64,000 nucleotides of DNA, taken from positions 32,863,231-32,927,230 of the forward strand of contig NC_090388.1 of the NCBI RefSeq assembly GCF_036365525.1, in the 5' to 3' direction. Source of the stretch: Heterodontus francisci. Taxonomy: Eukaryota. The notes under the pieces were generated by a model, which saw only the letters and a program-made list of their open reading frames with translations, did no database searches and was not told the origin of the DNA. The translations under genes were made by a program, and so were the position numbers. Below, in pieces: positions 62,327-64,000 of the stretch (positions are counted from its first letter, which is position 1; the number at the start of each line of letters is the position of its first letter).

Positions 62327-63527
62327 TTTTTTTTTTATTTCCAAAATATACTTTATTGATAAAAATCTGTAAAAATTACATTGCCAAACAGTTTCAAACA
62401 GCACCAAAAAATACAAACATTGCAAGGGAGATCAGTTTCCTTCAATACAATCATGAGTTGCTTCACAACCCTTCCATTTCACATTTGTCATGCCAATTAC
62501 ATTTTTACATTTACAGCAAATGAAAATTTTCCCGATACAGTTCGAGGGGTTTCCCATGGGTCCAACCCCTCAGTTCAGCTTGGTGGGGGGACCTTACACA
62601 GTGGTCTTTCCTCATTGAGCCTTTGCTGCGGCTGCCCCAAGCTTTAGTGCGTCCCTCAGCACGTAGTCCTGGACCTTGGAATGTGCCAGTCTGCAACATT
62701 CGGTCGTGGACAACTCTTTGCGCTGGAAGACCAGCAAGTTTCGGGCAGACCAAAGGGCGTCTTTCACCGAACTGATAGTTCTCCAGCAGCAGTTGATGTT
62801 TGTCTCGGTGTGCGTCCCTGGGAACAGCCCGTAGAGCACAGACTCCTGTGTTACAGAGCTGCTTGGGATGAACCTCGACAAAAACCACTGCATCTCTTTC
62901 CACACCTGCTTTGCAAAGACACATTCCAGGAGGAGCTGGGCAGCCATCTCTTCCCCACCACAGCTACTGCGGGGGCATTGCGCGGAGGGGGCGACTCTTC
63001 GGGTGTGCAGGAAGGATCTGACGGGGAAGGCCCTTCTCACCACCAGCCAAGCTACATCTTGGTGCTTGTTTGAAAGTTCTGGTGATGAGGGATACCGCCA
63101 AATGACTTTGGCGGTCTGCTCGGGGAACCATCCGACAGGATCCCCCATCTCCTTTTCCCTTAGGGCCTTGAGGACATTCCGTGCAGACCACTGCCTGTTG
63201 GATCGGTGGTCAAAGGTGTTTTCCCGCAGAAACTGCTCCATGAAGGATAGGTGGTACGGCACGGTCCAACTGCATGGAGCGTTCCACGGCAATGTGACCA
63301 GGCCCATCCTTCGCAACACCGGGGACAGATAGAACCTCAGCACGTAGTGACACTTGGTGTTTGCGTACTGGAGGTCTACACACAGCTTGATGCAGCCGCA
63401 TACGAAGATGGTCATCAGGATGAGGGCCACGTTGGCTACATTTTTCCCGCCCTTATCCAGAGGTTTGAACATCGTGTCCCTCCGGACCCGGTCCATTTTG
63501 GATCCCCATATGAAGCGGAAAATGGCG
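62327..63527 (-). mobile_element. Tx1-clade LINE, 5'-truncated
   Basis: 294-aa ORF 62612-63496 (AIFRFIWGSKMDRVRR, WLVVRRAFPVR, zinc-knuckle region); poly(A) tail read as poly(T) at ~62327. Confidence 0.93.
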
Positions 63528-63855
63528 AATTAAGAACCACCTCTGGGATCACCCACTAGATGCCACATCTAGCAGGTCCCCTTTTCTTCATCAACTTATC
63601 TTGTTTTCCCTTTTTCTGCTCCCTTTTCTCAGCTGTGCATTATTAGGACAAGTGAGTTGTCCTATGTAACAGTAAGTGATTTGGTATTGTTCGAATCCAC
63701 CCAGAAACTGGCATTTTCATTCCCTCAAACTTTTTACGCAAAACGTCAGTACTCAGGTAGTAATTTTAGAAATATATATAATTTGCTACAGGATATTGCA
63801 TTGTGCGAAATAAGCACTTATTCTATACATGAAACAATGATATTCTGAAAATCAT

Positions 63856-64000
63856 GGGCTGAATTTTTCAGCCCCTTCAATGCGGGGGTCATGGCGGGAT
63901 GGCTCGGAAAATTCTTCTGTGGAAGGCCCGCCAGGACCCCTGACGCTGGTAAGGCTCCGTCACATTTTACAGGCGTCGACGAGGCCTCGGTGCGGCCTCC
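63856..64000 (+). mobile_element. Start of a GC-rich non-autonomous DNA element (probably Harbinger-type MITE)
   Basis: GGGCTGAATTTT terminus; similar GC-rich pieces at ~19815-20018, ~57370-57720 and ~62090-62325. Confidence 0.45.

Noticed and set aside
44563-64000. Further upstream cped1 exons
   Set aside because: Looked for the expected KTLGxGFHLPVDG-type exon and did not find it; it probably lies beyond the window, though a missed exon is possible

Overview
This is vertebrate genomic DNA, almost certainly from a cartilaginous fish (shark-type HE1 V-SINEs, a SacSINE1/Deu-type SINE and abundant CR1 LINEs). It holds two genes, both on the minus strand. One is a complete four-exon wnt16 (CDS 13474-13380, 13281-13055, 11279-10984, 7061-6597; 360 aa, all introns GT-AG). 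The other is the last two coding exons and 3'UTR of cped1 (44562-44416, 39284-39057), which the ORF track misses; together they preserve the human CPED1-WNT16 order. The rest is largely nested transposable elements: many CR1 copies, a Gypsy provirus with ~150-bp LTRs and a 5-bp TSD, two solo LTRs, two Tx1 fragments, L2 and Harbinger remnants. The most unusual structure is a 3.5-kb retroelement (39571-43053) in which a tRNA-type Pol III SINE head runs directly into an endonuclease+RT LINE ORF with no ORF1; SINEs made only of that head plus the LINE tail occur elsewhere in the window. Other oddities are a minimal hammerhead ribozyme in wnt16 intron 2, a TIR-less element family with subterminal inverted repeats, an AT-rich but CpG-retaining domain around the wnt16 promoter, and local templated duplications. 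All calls were made by eye, and no database searches were run.
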